A DNA stretch of 64,000 nt from Octopus vulgaris (lineage: Eukaryota): contig OX597816.1 in the NCBI GenBank assembly GCA_951406725.2, positions 150,908,001 to 150,972,000 on the forward strand, read 5' to 3'. A model generated the notes under the pieces. That model made no database searches. It was not told where the DNA came from and saw only the letters and a list, made by a program, of their open reading frames with translations. Shown here piece by piece: positions 25,540 to 38,677 of this stretch. Every line of letters starts with the position of its first letter. The first letter of the stretch is position 1. A program made the translations under genes and the position numbers.

Positions 25540-28456
25540 TATATATATATACTCTGCATTGCTTGTGTTTTCCGTGAAATCTTCTATGTTCCACGTGCCA
25601 ACTATTTTCCATCAAGATGTTATATATGGTTCGGTTGGCTGTTGCAGGATGAGTAGATGTGTGGCAGGCAGAGGAAAAATGGTCAGAGCAGGCGACGGTG
25701 TTTTGTTGATGGAGCAGCATATACTGACATCAACTCACTGCCAATGAGCCTCACTCACTTATTGATTTTCATCAAAAACGCACAAAAATTGCAAGAGCTG
25801 CAGGAAAAATAACATCGTTATGGCAATTTCCATTCAAACCCCAGATTGAGATCACAAAAATCGATGCCAACTGAGCATTATTGAGTTTTCAAAAAATTCT
25901 GGCCTTATTTGAACTTCAGGGCATGTTATCTACTTATGTGCCAAAAATCATAAAATCGTTTGGATGATGTGGGAGGAGTTACAGTAACCCCAAACACACA
26001 GACAGACAGACACCATTATATATTTATGTACATAGATATATTAACAATATTAATAATAAAGATTATTATGAAGGTGATGAAGGTTACGGAGAGGGTCATA
26101 GCCCAACTAATTAGAGAGAGAGTTAGTTTAGATGAGATGCAGTTTGGGTTTGTGCCAGGGAAAAGTACTACTGATGCTATATTCCTGGTAAGGCAGCTGC
26201 AGGAGAAATACCTAGCCAAAGATAAGCCCCTGTACCTGGCTTTTGTTGACATGGAGAAAGCCTTCGATAGGGTCCCCCGATCCCTTATCTGGTGGGCAAT
26301 GAGGAAACTAGGGATAGATGAATGGTTAGTGAGAGCTGTGCGGGCCATGTATAGGGACGCTGCTAGTAGGGTGAGGGTTGGAAACGAGTACAGTGAAGAA
26401 TTCCTGGTAGAGGTAGGGGTCCACCAAGGCTCAGTACTCAGCCCCCTCCTATTTATCATAGTCCTCCAGGCAATAACGGAGGAATTCAAGACAGGATGCC
26501 CTTGGGAGCTCCTCTATGCTGATGACCTTGCTCTAATTGCTGAGTCGCTATCAGAACTGGAGGAGAAGTTTCAGGTGTGGAAACAAGGATTAGAATCGAA
26601 GGGCCTCAGAGTCAATCTAGCTAAAACCAAAGTCGTAATCAGTAGGAAGGTAGACAAATCACAAACGCCTTCAGGTAGATGGCCCTGCTCGATCTGTAGA
26701 AAAGGTGTAGGTAGAAACTCTATAAGATGCACCAAGTGTAAGCTATGGACACATAAGAGGTGCAGCAATGTCAAAGGAAGGCTAACTAGGAAGATGGTTT
26801 TTGTATGTGGCAGATGCTCAGGAACAATAAACACTGAAAATGCTCTGAGACCAACTTCCGTCACTTTCTAGGGAGAAAAACTAGAAATAGTTGATAGTTT
26901 CCGTTACCTAGGTGACCAAGTCAGTAGCGGGGGCGGGTGTGCTGAAAGTGTAACTGCTAGAGTAAGAATAGCTTGGGCAAAGTTCAGAGAGCTCTTACCT
27001 CTGCTGGTGACAAAAGGCCTCTCACACAAAGTGAAAGGCAGACTGTATGATGCGTGTGTACGAACAGCCATGCTACATGGCAGTGAAACATGGGCCGTGA
27101 CTGCTGAGGATATGCGTAAGCTCGCAAGAAATGAAGCCAGTATGCTCCGATGGATGTGTAATGTCAGTGTTCATAATCGACAGAGTGTAAGTACCTTGAG
27201 AGAAAAGCTGGACCTAAGAAGCATCAGTTGTGGTGTGCAAGAGAGACGATTGCGCTGGTATGGTCATGTGGCGAGAATGGATGAAGATAGTTGTGTGAAA
27301 AAGTGCCACACCCTAGCGGTTGAGGGAACCTGTGGAAGAGGCAGACCCAGGAAAACCTGGGACGAGGTGGTGAAGCACGACCTTCGAACTTTAGGTCTCA
27401 CTGAGGAAATGACTAGAGACCGAGTCCTCTGGAAGTGTGCTGTGCGCGAGAAGACCCGGCAGGACAAGTGAGTCCATAACCCGTGGCCTTCTACTTGGGA
27501 TGGAGCCAGCCTACGTATGCATACCTTCCCTTCTTGGGACACAAAACTCTACTTGTGAAGACCTGTTGAGGCAAGTGAGGATCAGAATCGAAATCGATCA
27601 ATGGAAATTGCAGATGTGTTACCAGTGCCGGTGGCATGTCGAAACTCTACTTGTGAAGACCCGTTGAGGCAAGTGAGGATCAGAATGGAAATCGATCAAT
27701 GGAAATTGCAGATGTGTTACCAGTGCCGGTGGCATGTCGAAACTCTACTTGTGAAGACCCGTTGAGGCAAGTGAGGATCAGAATGGAAATCGATCAATGG
27801 AAATTGCAGATGTGTTACCAGTGCCGGTGGCATGTAAGAGAACCTTCCGTTTCGTGACCGTTGCCAGCACCGCCCCGTTTCGTGTCCGTTGCCAGCCTCG
27901 CCTGGCCCTTGTGCCGGTGGCACATAAAAAGCACCATCCATTCGTGGCCGTTTGCCAGCTCTGTCTGGCACCTGTGCGGGTGGCACGTAAAAAGCACCCA
28001 CTACACTCACGGAGTGGTTGGCGTTAGGAAGGGCATCCAGCCATAGAAACACTGCCAGATTTGACTGGGCCTGATGAAGCCTTCTGGCTTCACAGACTCC
28101 AGTAGAACCGTCCAACCCATGCTAGCATGGAAAACGGACGCTAAACGACGATGATGATGATGATGATGATTACTATGAAGCTGCATAGCATCATTACCTT
28201 TGATTCTTCAATTTATATACCACCTTACATAGACCAACAGATGTTTCAATTGCACCAATTAGTAACCATTGCAATTGCAACCCAACTGTAAGACCATTTT
28301 TTCAGGATCTTTATCTAATACCCTTCAATTTGGCCATTTAAAGATTTTCTTTTATCTACTCTGCATTGTATAATGTAGAGCATATTCCGAATACCTGATG
28401 GCAAACCGGTAATCCCTTACTATTTACAGATATATATGTGTGTGTGTGTGTGTGTG

Positions 28457-28519
<63 letters not shown>

Positions 28520-31500
28520 CATATATAATATAATATAATATAGTATTATATAATATATATCATCATCATCATCATTTATCATCCATTTTCCATGCTGGCA
28601 TGAGGTGGGTGGTTTTACAGGAGTTGACCAACTGAAGAGCTGCTTTGGCTCTATGTCTGTTTTGGCATGGTTTCTACAGCTTGATGCCCTTCCTAACACC
28701 AACCACTTTACCTAGTGTATTAGGTGCTTTCACGCAGCACCAGCACAAGTGCTCTTATGTGGCACTGGTATGGGTGCTTTTACGTGGTACCAGTATTTAT
28801 AAACCTGCAAAATTAGGAATGCTCAGCTGGAGAGGGATGCAGGGGACAAGACTGTATGCAAGGACACCTGCACTTTTACTTAGCTTGACGTGTCTTTTCA
28901 AGCACAGCAAACTGCCAGGAGTCTCAGTCCTCTGTCTTCTCCTCTGTATGTCCCAACATCTTTCATCTTTATTTGTTTCAGTCATTTGACTGTGGCCATA
29001 CTGGAGCACCACCTTTAGTTGAACTAATCGACCCCAGGACTTATTCTTTGTAAGCCTGGTACATTTTCTATCAGTTTCTTTTGCTGAACTGCTAAGTTAC
29101 AGGGATGTAAACACACCAATGTCGGCTGTCAAGCAATGGTGGGGGTACAAACACAGACACACATCAACACGCACACACACACACACACACACACGCACAC
29201 GACAGGCTTCTTTCAGTTTCCCTCTACCAAATGTGCTCACAAGGCTTTGGTTGGCCTGAAGTTATAGTAGAAGAGTATATCTATGTCTACTCATGATTAC
29301 ATAAGCACTTAAAACTACTTGTGAGCATATATATTACCAAGCCATACTTGCTCACAAATAACAACTGGCTCTTAAGCCTTTAGCATTTAAACCAGCTATA
29401 TCCAACCAAAATATTCTACCTGTTTTATGTTTAAACTGGTCAGATGTGACCTCTCACACCAATCCTACAATCAGATCCATTGCTGCCAGACTTTGGTGTC
29501 GGGTGGGGTGCTTCAGAGATATTGTGAATGGGACTAATTTGTAATAATGTTGAAGTGGAGTTTCAAAATAAATGTAAATATGAGGGTGCATCATTGAATA
29601 GTGAGGGGGTAGTGCCATCCAGTACATCCCCTTAGTGATGGGCATGTCTACAATATCATTCTAAAAATTAACAGTTACTGCATCAAAATCACAAAGCTAC
29701 AAGATAATGCCTGATAATTCATAACAATGTGAATAAATAATCATTACTTTTGGCAGAAGAATATGAATGCAAAAGGGTTAATATATTTTGTAGTCTTCAA
29801 ATTTTTCAGACTTATGCTTTATATATATCATTAATATTTCTTTAAACTAATGTTGCTTAAAAAACTTAATTTATTTATGGCTTAAAATAGTAACATCCTG
29901 AAAAGTTTTGCTTGTTAGGTAAATATTGTTTTTTACTTTAAGGCAATTTTGGTAAATAAGTATACAGGGAACTACATTTACACTGCTATATTACTGGTAC
30001 TTATATTATCAGCTCTAGAAATATGAGTGCCAACTCCAGAATGATGGAAAACAAAGTTACCTCCAGTAGGGATTTGAACTCAAGACCATAATGGGAAAAC
30101 ATTTAAGTTGATTCTCAACTATTTCTATCAGCTTCTCTGAATGACAATAAATAAATAAATAAATGAATAAATAAATACATAAATGATATGCTAAATAAAC
30201 TTTTGTTGTTTAGCCCAAGGTCAGATCAGATGAAGTAGGTTTATGATCAAAAGTTTTGAAGCTATGACCATTCCATCTATTTATCTAGAGCTACAATATT
30301 TTCTTTATTAACCAATAAACTTTAGTCCTCAGGAATTGAACAAAAAAGAATGAGACAAAACCATAGAGGGAGAAAAGACAGAAAAAAGAGAGAGAATGTG
30401 GGGAGGAAACAAAATGTAGAAGCAACTAACAAATAATTGTAACATAGCTATTAATAATTTGTTGTTCTTCATTCTCAACAGGAAGCAAAAGATGGTGAAG
30501 AAAGAAATATCTCCCCACCTCACTTGTTTTGGAGACAGCAAGAAAACATATCTAGACATCTTACAATGGACAATGCTATGTGAAACTGTGGCTTTTATTC
30601 AGCAATCAGCTTCTGTTTTTGTTTTTGTTAACAACTTCCACTTATATTTGAAGCAAATATATATACATATATATCTCCTGTATAACTGACTTCATTGATT
30701 TATCTTTTACGAAGCTACATGGTGACCTAAGCTGAAAGGTTGAATGGGGAACATAGGTAGTGAAATTTGAATAGAAAAATATCAACTATTAAAGCTTAAC
30801 AGTGTGTGGTATGGACAATGAAATGTTGATAGTGAAAATTTGTAATTTTACAGAAAAAGTTTGACCATGAAATGGGGATTTGGTGATTGGAACACTAAAA
30901 ACATCAGCTGAAAGATCTGAACTCTTGATAGCAAAAAGAGGCAATAAGAGATGTGCTTTATAAAGAAATTTGAGCACTGAAAAGATAGCTATGAAACATG
31001 AACAATGAAATATTGGTAGTGAAATGTAAGCAATGAGAGATGTGTAGTAAAAGCTTGATAAATAAAATTTGAGCACTAAAAAAAGATAGCTCTGAAATCT
31101 GATTAGTCTTTCTGTTTTATTGTTTACACAGAGTCATGGTGAAAAGATTGGTTGGACACAATGTAAGTGGTCCTTTTCTTGGCCCCTTCACAATACTAAT
31201 TCTTAGAGAAAGAGAAACAAGAAAATGACCCAAGTTTTTGATTGATACTTTGCCTATCTTAACAGAACAATAGGTTAAATTGACCTTTGCAGTATTTGAA
31301 CCCAGTGCACTGAGAGCCAAAAAAAACCCCATAAAGCTGTAACAACTCAGTCAGTTTGCTAACATAGCAGAATAGTAAAATAAATATTGGCAGAGAAAAC
31401 TGGACAGTTAAAGACTGGTTGTGAAGGGATTAATTATTGTACATGGTGGAAAATTAATTGTGAAATGTAAACAACAAAACATGGACAGTAAAATTTGGGC

Positions 31501-34500
31501 CATGAAATATACATTGTGAAAACTGGGAAGTTAATAAAATTTATAAGGAAAGAATAATTTTTCATAAAAAAGAGATAAGTTTTAATCTTGGTTCCTCTTA
31601 AATGTTGTCACAAGACATTAACATTTTATATTAAGTTTATATCGACTTCTTTGTACTATTTTAATCCTTAACTCCACCTAGCTTTAACATTAGCCATGTA
31701 TTTTAATAAGATTAATATTTATTTCCAACAGACTCTTTTTGCATACTTTCTATACAACTTATATTTAGCCATGCAAAAGGTTAAAATTCTGTTGGAATTT
31801 GATTTTTTACACAAACCTAAATTTAGTACAAGCTTTAATATCCACAGACTCCTTTTATTACATTGATTTAGCTGTTAAACAAAACTAAATCCCTGGATAA
31901 ACTAAGTCTTTATGCTTATCAAATGCTTTGGGATTTTTTTTTATTAATTTAATGTTAGATTATTCTAACCAATCTGTTTAACTTTTTATAATTATTTATG
32001 CATTTGGAATGAAATGCTTACAGCTACATATATGCAAGCATGGTTGTATGGTTAAGAAGTATACTTGCCAACCATGTGGTTTTGGGTTCAATCCTACTGC
32101 ATGTTAGACACTTGGGTAAGTGTCTAACAAGAAATTACAATTTATTAATATATTGCAATTTCCTGTTATGTTAATGATAGAGACTACATTTTTAACCAGT
32201 ATTTAAATCTAGAAATATGTCTAGGAATTGAGTATACTTAGATTTGAAATTACTGTGAATAATTCCCAATGTGAAATGCAGTGTATTGTTTCAAGAAGTT
32301 TCAGCATCTAATAAAATATACAATCTCTATGAATTGAGTATTTTTCCTTTGTTTGTAAATACAATAATTCACCAGTCCTCATATCTGCAGGTGTATATAA
32401 CTAGACCAAAGAATGAAGAGAGTATAACATGTTCAAACTGTTGCACTGGTACATCACTGCATTTTGGAGTGTGCAATATGGTTCCCAAGTTGGTAGAGAC
32501 ATGGAATAACTTGGGAGATGGCACAATATGCTGCACCTTGTTGTTCAAGCAATTAAATAACAACAGCTATATAACACAACCCACAGCATTCTCTATATAC
32601 AATTGCCATCCCTTCCCCCAAATAACACATGTATTTTTTACTTAATCTCCACCTGTATTAAAGCACATCTTACACACCATCAACAACATACACAACCCAC
32701 ATTCTACACAAGTACCACAACAATAATATAACACAATCTAAACAGCACATACTCTAGATCAGTGGTTTTCAACTGGGATCCATATAGCCCTTGCATATAA
32801 GATTTTGTTGTTAAAATTTATCTGCAGTAAATTTGTTATACTTCTACAATTCACAAAAAATTTTAACAATTTTCTTTTTACAATTTCAAATAATATTTAA
32901 TTCTAAAAATATATGATTTTTTAAACATTGAAAGGTTATGGGTATCCATCTGAATAAAATAGGACTCAAAGGGGTCTACAGCTAAAAAATGGTTGAGAAA
33001 CACTACTCTAGATAAACACCATCTAACACTAAAGTTCATAACACAACTCTTACAACATATACAAAACCCTCATCGTCCCACACAATAACATAACTCACAT
33101 TGCACATGATCTTCACAACAGACAAAACAATATACGAAAAATCAGAAACAACATAACAAATCCCATAACAAAGCAAAATTGATGTAGTATAGAACACAAT
33201 TCTACATTGCTAGAAGAATGTTATTCACATTTCAGAAAGAAAAAAAATGGAGATGCATTTGAGGTGCAGTAAAAATTCACTTGAAACTGGTGAAAATATT
33301 TCATGTTCAAAACTTGATAACATTAATAAGAATTTTGTTATTTGCTTTAAAGATACTGAAAAAGATTGCAAAAATAAAGGAATTCCAACCATGTTTTGTG
33401 GTTTGTTACAACAGCTTCTTTATAGGTTCCAGTAGCTAAAGACATCATCAGGAGGAACCAGGTCCAGTTTCAGCCCCTACTCTGCTACCATTTTCGATGT
33501 GGCGCCCCCACCGTATCAGAAGTGTCTTAACATTTGGTGTTGAGTGCATTTCTTCTTTCTTCTTTTTTCTTTTGTTCTTTGGTTTCTTTGATGCATCGTC
33601 GACAAATGTCAGCAGGCGACTAACCATCCTGCCAAATATCCCTTTAAATACTTGCTGGTAGGCTCCAGCAGCCAGCACCAGCTAACTATCACATGACACT
33701 GTGTAAGCTTCAACTGGCCAATGGAGGGAAGGGCATGTAGTCTTAGCCCGTGCCCTCTCTAAACCTGCCTTTCAACGGTGTCATGTTATTTTCATTTCCA
33801 GCCAGAGCCAACCAGCTGTTTGGTGGTACAAGCCTTCAAACCAGGTAGAGGGTGTACTATGAACAAGGTCACTACCTTGGCCCACCTGTCAATTAGCGAT
33901 GCTGCTTAAGTGTCAGCCAGCCTCACCTAGCGATGCTATTTCCCAGTCGGCATGTTATGGCTTTCAAGCCATTTTGGATCTTCTCGCTTCAGCCATATAT
34001 AGAAGCTGGCTTTTTCAACTGCCTCCTGTATCATCCTTATTACTTCTCTCACTCTGAGCTCGAAAATACAAACCTTCTTTTAAATAATGTCGTAATTTTC
34101 CTTTCAATGAAGCCTCTAGCCCCCACTGCCATGTGGCAATACTTGACAGTCCATCCCTGTTTTCCACACTCTTCAGTTAATCTCTCATACCTCTTCTCCT
34201 TCTGTTGCTCTGCATTAGCAATATTCTCTTCCCATGGCGCTGTCAGCTTTTGCAAAATTCCAATTTTCCATTCTGTGTTCCATAGGATTAAGTCTGGTCT
34301 TTTTGTTGCTTTTATGAGTGGAAATATTAACAGTCTTTCCAAATCTGTAGCCAGCTCTCAGTATCCCCTCCACCTTTCGTCTGTCTTGTATATTTTATTT
34401 GAAGGCCTGGCCTTATGTCCTTTTCCCTCCTTCTGGAAATATATTTTTCTGTACTTTTCCACTTTTGGGTATTCTCCCCTGTTATACCCCTTAATCTTCT

Positions 34501-37391
34501 CCTTGGGTGCTGTGCTTATGACACTAAGGACTTGATTGGGACACCATATATATCTGTCTAGTGCTAGCCTGCAGTTTGACAGAACATGTCTCACTGTTGC
34601 TTTCTCTCTGCATCTACATTCATCAGTTGTTTGTATGTTCCACCAGACTAAATTTGTTGGTGAAGGTAAAACATCGAAGGTAGAGTTGATCAGGAAGGAT
34701 GTTCTTGCTTGTTCCCAAGCCCAAAGTCCCCCCACCCCATGAGATTCTGCGACTGACTAAATATTCCTGTCATCTCAGGCACTGTCTGTACATTTTGCCC
34801 TTCTTCTTCCTCCTTACTCACTTCGTGTACCATTGTCTCTTTCATCTCTTTTACACTGCTCATGCAAAATGGTTTGAAATTGTGCAACCCTAGACCAGCT
34901 CTTGCTTCTTGCATCACTCCGACTATATCAGCATGCCTTAGCTTTATGATCACCCTGTTTACTGTCTCTTCTGTTTTCCATTTCCTCCCTGTTAATACCT
35001 TTGAAGGGTTTTCTCGGATGTTCTGATATTTTGAATACCTTAGCATCATTATTTTCCTTGCCTATCCTGCCTTATATTCTTTGGCGATTGATGTTATCAG
35101 TAGTTGCAGCACGGGTTTTCCATACAGTGCAGTTGTAATAAGTGGTTTTGGAAGACCCAGCCATTTTCTGATAAACACACTGCATCTTTGTTCCATCCTT
35201 TCTACTCTACTTGAGGCTATTTCATACATTTGCAATGGCGTTGGGTACAGTCCAAATTGCAGTATCCAACATTTGAATTTCCCCAGTAATGTTGTTCTGT
35301 CAATTGCCTTTAGTCTTGTTCCACTAAATCATGTGCTTCTTTGCTTTGCTTTTTATTATTTAGTAAGTCTCTGTACCATCAGCCAAGACTCTTTACTGGT
35401 TGTTCTAAATAAAACTACAAAACGATTTTTGAGAAAAAGATTTACAAGAATTTTTAAAAAATAATAGTGATTGTATAAAAAAAATGTTATAGTAAAGCTT
35501 TATAAATATGTAAAAAAAAAGTTATCTCAAATAGAAGACAGATATTCTGAAACAATGAAAGGATACAGAAACCAATCATCCATTCAAGGAAAATACTTTG
35601 TTCTGAATCCAAACTGTGGATTAAACTGAAGAGTTGCACCTTTCCACTACATCATACCACTCATTATTTTCCCTCTTTTATAAAATGTGCTCAAGATAAA
35701 GATTTCTCTATGCTCTCTCTGCTTTAAGCAGTAGTTTTACAAAACTCAGTTGAGTCCCACTATAAAATATTACACTCACAGCTGGGACAGTATTGTTGCT
35801 ATGCCTATGATTTAGCAACACGGTTTCAAATGGTTTCAAATTTCAAATTTTGGCACAAGGCCAGCAATTTTAGAGGAGTGGGTAACTTGATTACATTGAT
35901 CCCGGTGCTCAACTGATACTTATTTTATCAATCTTGAAAGGATAAAAGGCAAAGTTGACCTCAGACTGCTGCTACACATATGAACATGTTGACTGTATCC
36001 TAAAACGGTCTTCTCAACCGATTGGCATGGAGTTGCTTAGCCAAAGCATATTGATATAGGTGATGGATGACAAGACATTTTAAAACATAACCAGGCAACA
36101 GAATAAAATAAATGCAATATATCCTATATCGTCTCTCGATACAATTGTGTTTCTAGCTATCCGATATTCTTAGAAATATGTGGGTATGTGTCATCATTAG
36201 CAGAGTTACCAAGTGAGTTGTATGAGAATTTTACTGTTTATACACAACATAATTTAGAAACTGGAGATATAAAGAAGCAGTTGAAACATTGAAAAAATAT
36301 ATATATATACTTGATTTGCTTTATAAGAAACTCTATAAGTGGGATTTTAAATTATTTAATGGAAATGAGTTGCTATAGTATTATTATAATGGAATAATAA
36401 CTGTGAAGCATTGTGTAAAATATATTGTATAAAAGATCGTGGATCGTGGGTAAGGCCAAAACAATGTGAGGTAAATGCAAGGTAAATCACAAGAAAACGG
36501 ATATTGAATACCAGGTAAGTCTACATTAATTCACATATTTGTTTTCTTGTGATTTACTTTGCATTTACTTTGCATTGTTTTGGCCTTACCCAAGATCTAT
36601 CATACAATAGCATTAATAATTATAAGAATAATACTTCAGTTATTAAATACATTAGTGGCAATAAAAGTTTGGTATAAATATGTAGTTTTACTGATAAAGA
36701 CATCACATGTTCATTTAATTTTATGAAAAACTCATTACTAGAAGCACAATCATAGCTGAAAAAGATATACAATGTATTATACATACATACATACTGTGTA
36801 TATATATATATCACTCCTTTCTTCCAAGTAATCTAATGCTCTTAGCTTAGTTTTTCCTTGGGGCTGACCAGATTGGAGCAATCTCGAGTATGACCAGCTG
36901 AAATTGCAAAGATAATCTGGAACTCGACTGAGGAAAGAAAACTTCGAATATTTTATGAATTGTAGAGATATAACCAATTTATTGCAGATACATTTTAAGA
37001 ACAAAATCTTATATGGACCCCGAAGGGCCATATGGACTTCTGAGAGCCATATTGACCCCAGTTGAGAGCCACTGCTCTACACCAAGGAATCTGTTCTGCT
37101 CTGGACTCTTTATTTCATAGTTTATTCCTCCTTCCTCCTTATTCTTCCAGCATAAAGCTCCCCTTCACCATGCAGGGTTCATAGTCCTGTAAGTGGCATA
37201 GCAATCTCAATAATGCTGGTGACATGAAAAGCATTAAGTAAAGAAGCTGGTATTAGATAGGACATCCAACTGTTGAAATTACTCCAAACAAACTCTGGGA
37301 CACAATACAATCCTTGGCCCCATCAAATTCTGTCAAGCCATCCAACCCATGCTAGCATGGAACAAGGGCATTAAATGGTGATGTATATATA

Positions 37392-37453
<62 letters not shown>

Positions 37454-38626
37454 CACCTGTGTTCAAACTTAATTTATGTCAACTTCTTAAACTTTAGTTT
37501 TTAGTATTAAGAATACAACCTAACTTGTTTGCAATGGATGTTTATTGAAAAATGTAGAAATTGAAAGACTGCATCCATATATAATCTCTCAACTGTTGTT
37601 GTTATGGTGATAGTTTGTTGAACTCATAGGTACATATTTTTCTGTATTTTTGAGTGCCTAATTGAACATGTACCTTATGAAATGTACCAATACTATCCCA
37701 CAGAGACCTTTGAACTCCCTTTTTTGCCTTCATGCATCATACTGGGATGATTTTAGATATGTCTGGAAGTATTGGTAAAGATTCATTGGGAAATTGCTGA
37801 GGTGTTTCAGGAAAAATATATAGTGGCGAGCTGGCAGAAACGTTAGCATGTCGGGCGAAATGCTTAGCGGTATTTCGTCTGTCGTTACGTTGTGAGTTGA
37901 AATTCCGCCGAGGTCGACTTTGCCTTTCATCCTTTCGGGGTCGATAAATAAAGCACCAGTTTTGCACTGGGGTTGATGTAATCGACTTAATCCCTTTGTC
38001 TGTCCTTGTTTGTCCCCTCTATGTTTAGCCCCTTGTGGGCAGTAAAGAAATAAATATATAATCATTCATTCAATCATGTATTCTTTCATCCATTAACATC
38101 CATCTTTCCACACTTACATGAATTGGACAGGGACTTGTCTAAGGGAGCATTTTATTGCTGATACCCTTCTTGTTACCAACCCAAACCTGTTTTTCAAGTA
38201 AGGGATTTTAAAAAATTTTGTTTGTCTTTTAAAGGACAGGGGTATTAATTTTATTGTTAACAAGAAATGTAAACATCATATCACTATTCCACTCAGATAG
38301 TGATAAGAGAAGCTATAGAATGTCAACATTTTCACACACGTGTGTGTGTGTGTGTGCATAAACACGCACACACACAGTCACACACACTGTCATATGTATG
38401 GTACAAACATATATGCATACATAGATACATACATACCATGTATGTTTGTTACTGTATGTAAATATGTATGTACGTATGTATGTATGTACGTAAGTACTTA
38501 TGTATGTATGTATATATGTATGTACATAAGTACTTATGTATGTATGTATGTATTTATGTATGTATGTATGTATGTGTGTATGTATGTATGTATATATGTA
38601 TGTATGTGTGTATGTAAGTATGTATG

Positions 38627-38677
<51 letters not shown>

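Noticed and set aside
27544-27836. Regular repeats as a possible CRISPR array
   Set aside because: The 98-bp units are contiguous with no unique spacers, lie in a LINE 3'UTR, and there are no cas genes in this eukaryotic DNA
37823-37915. tRNA gene
   Set aside because: The A/B-box head belongs to a multicopy SINE and has no complete cloverleaf
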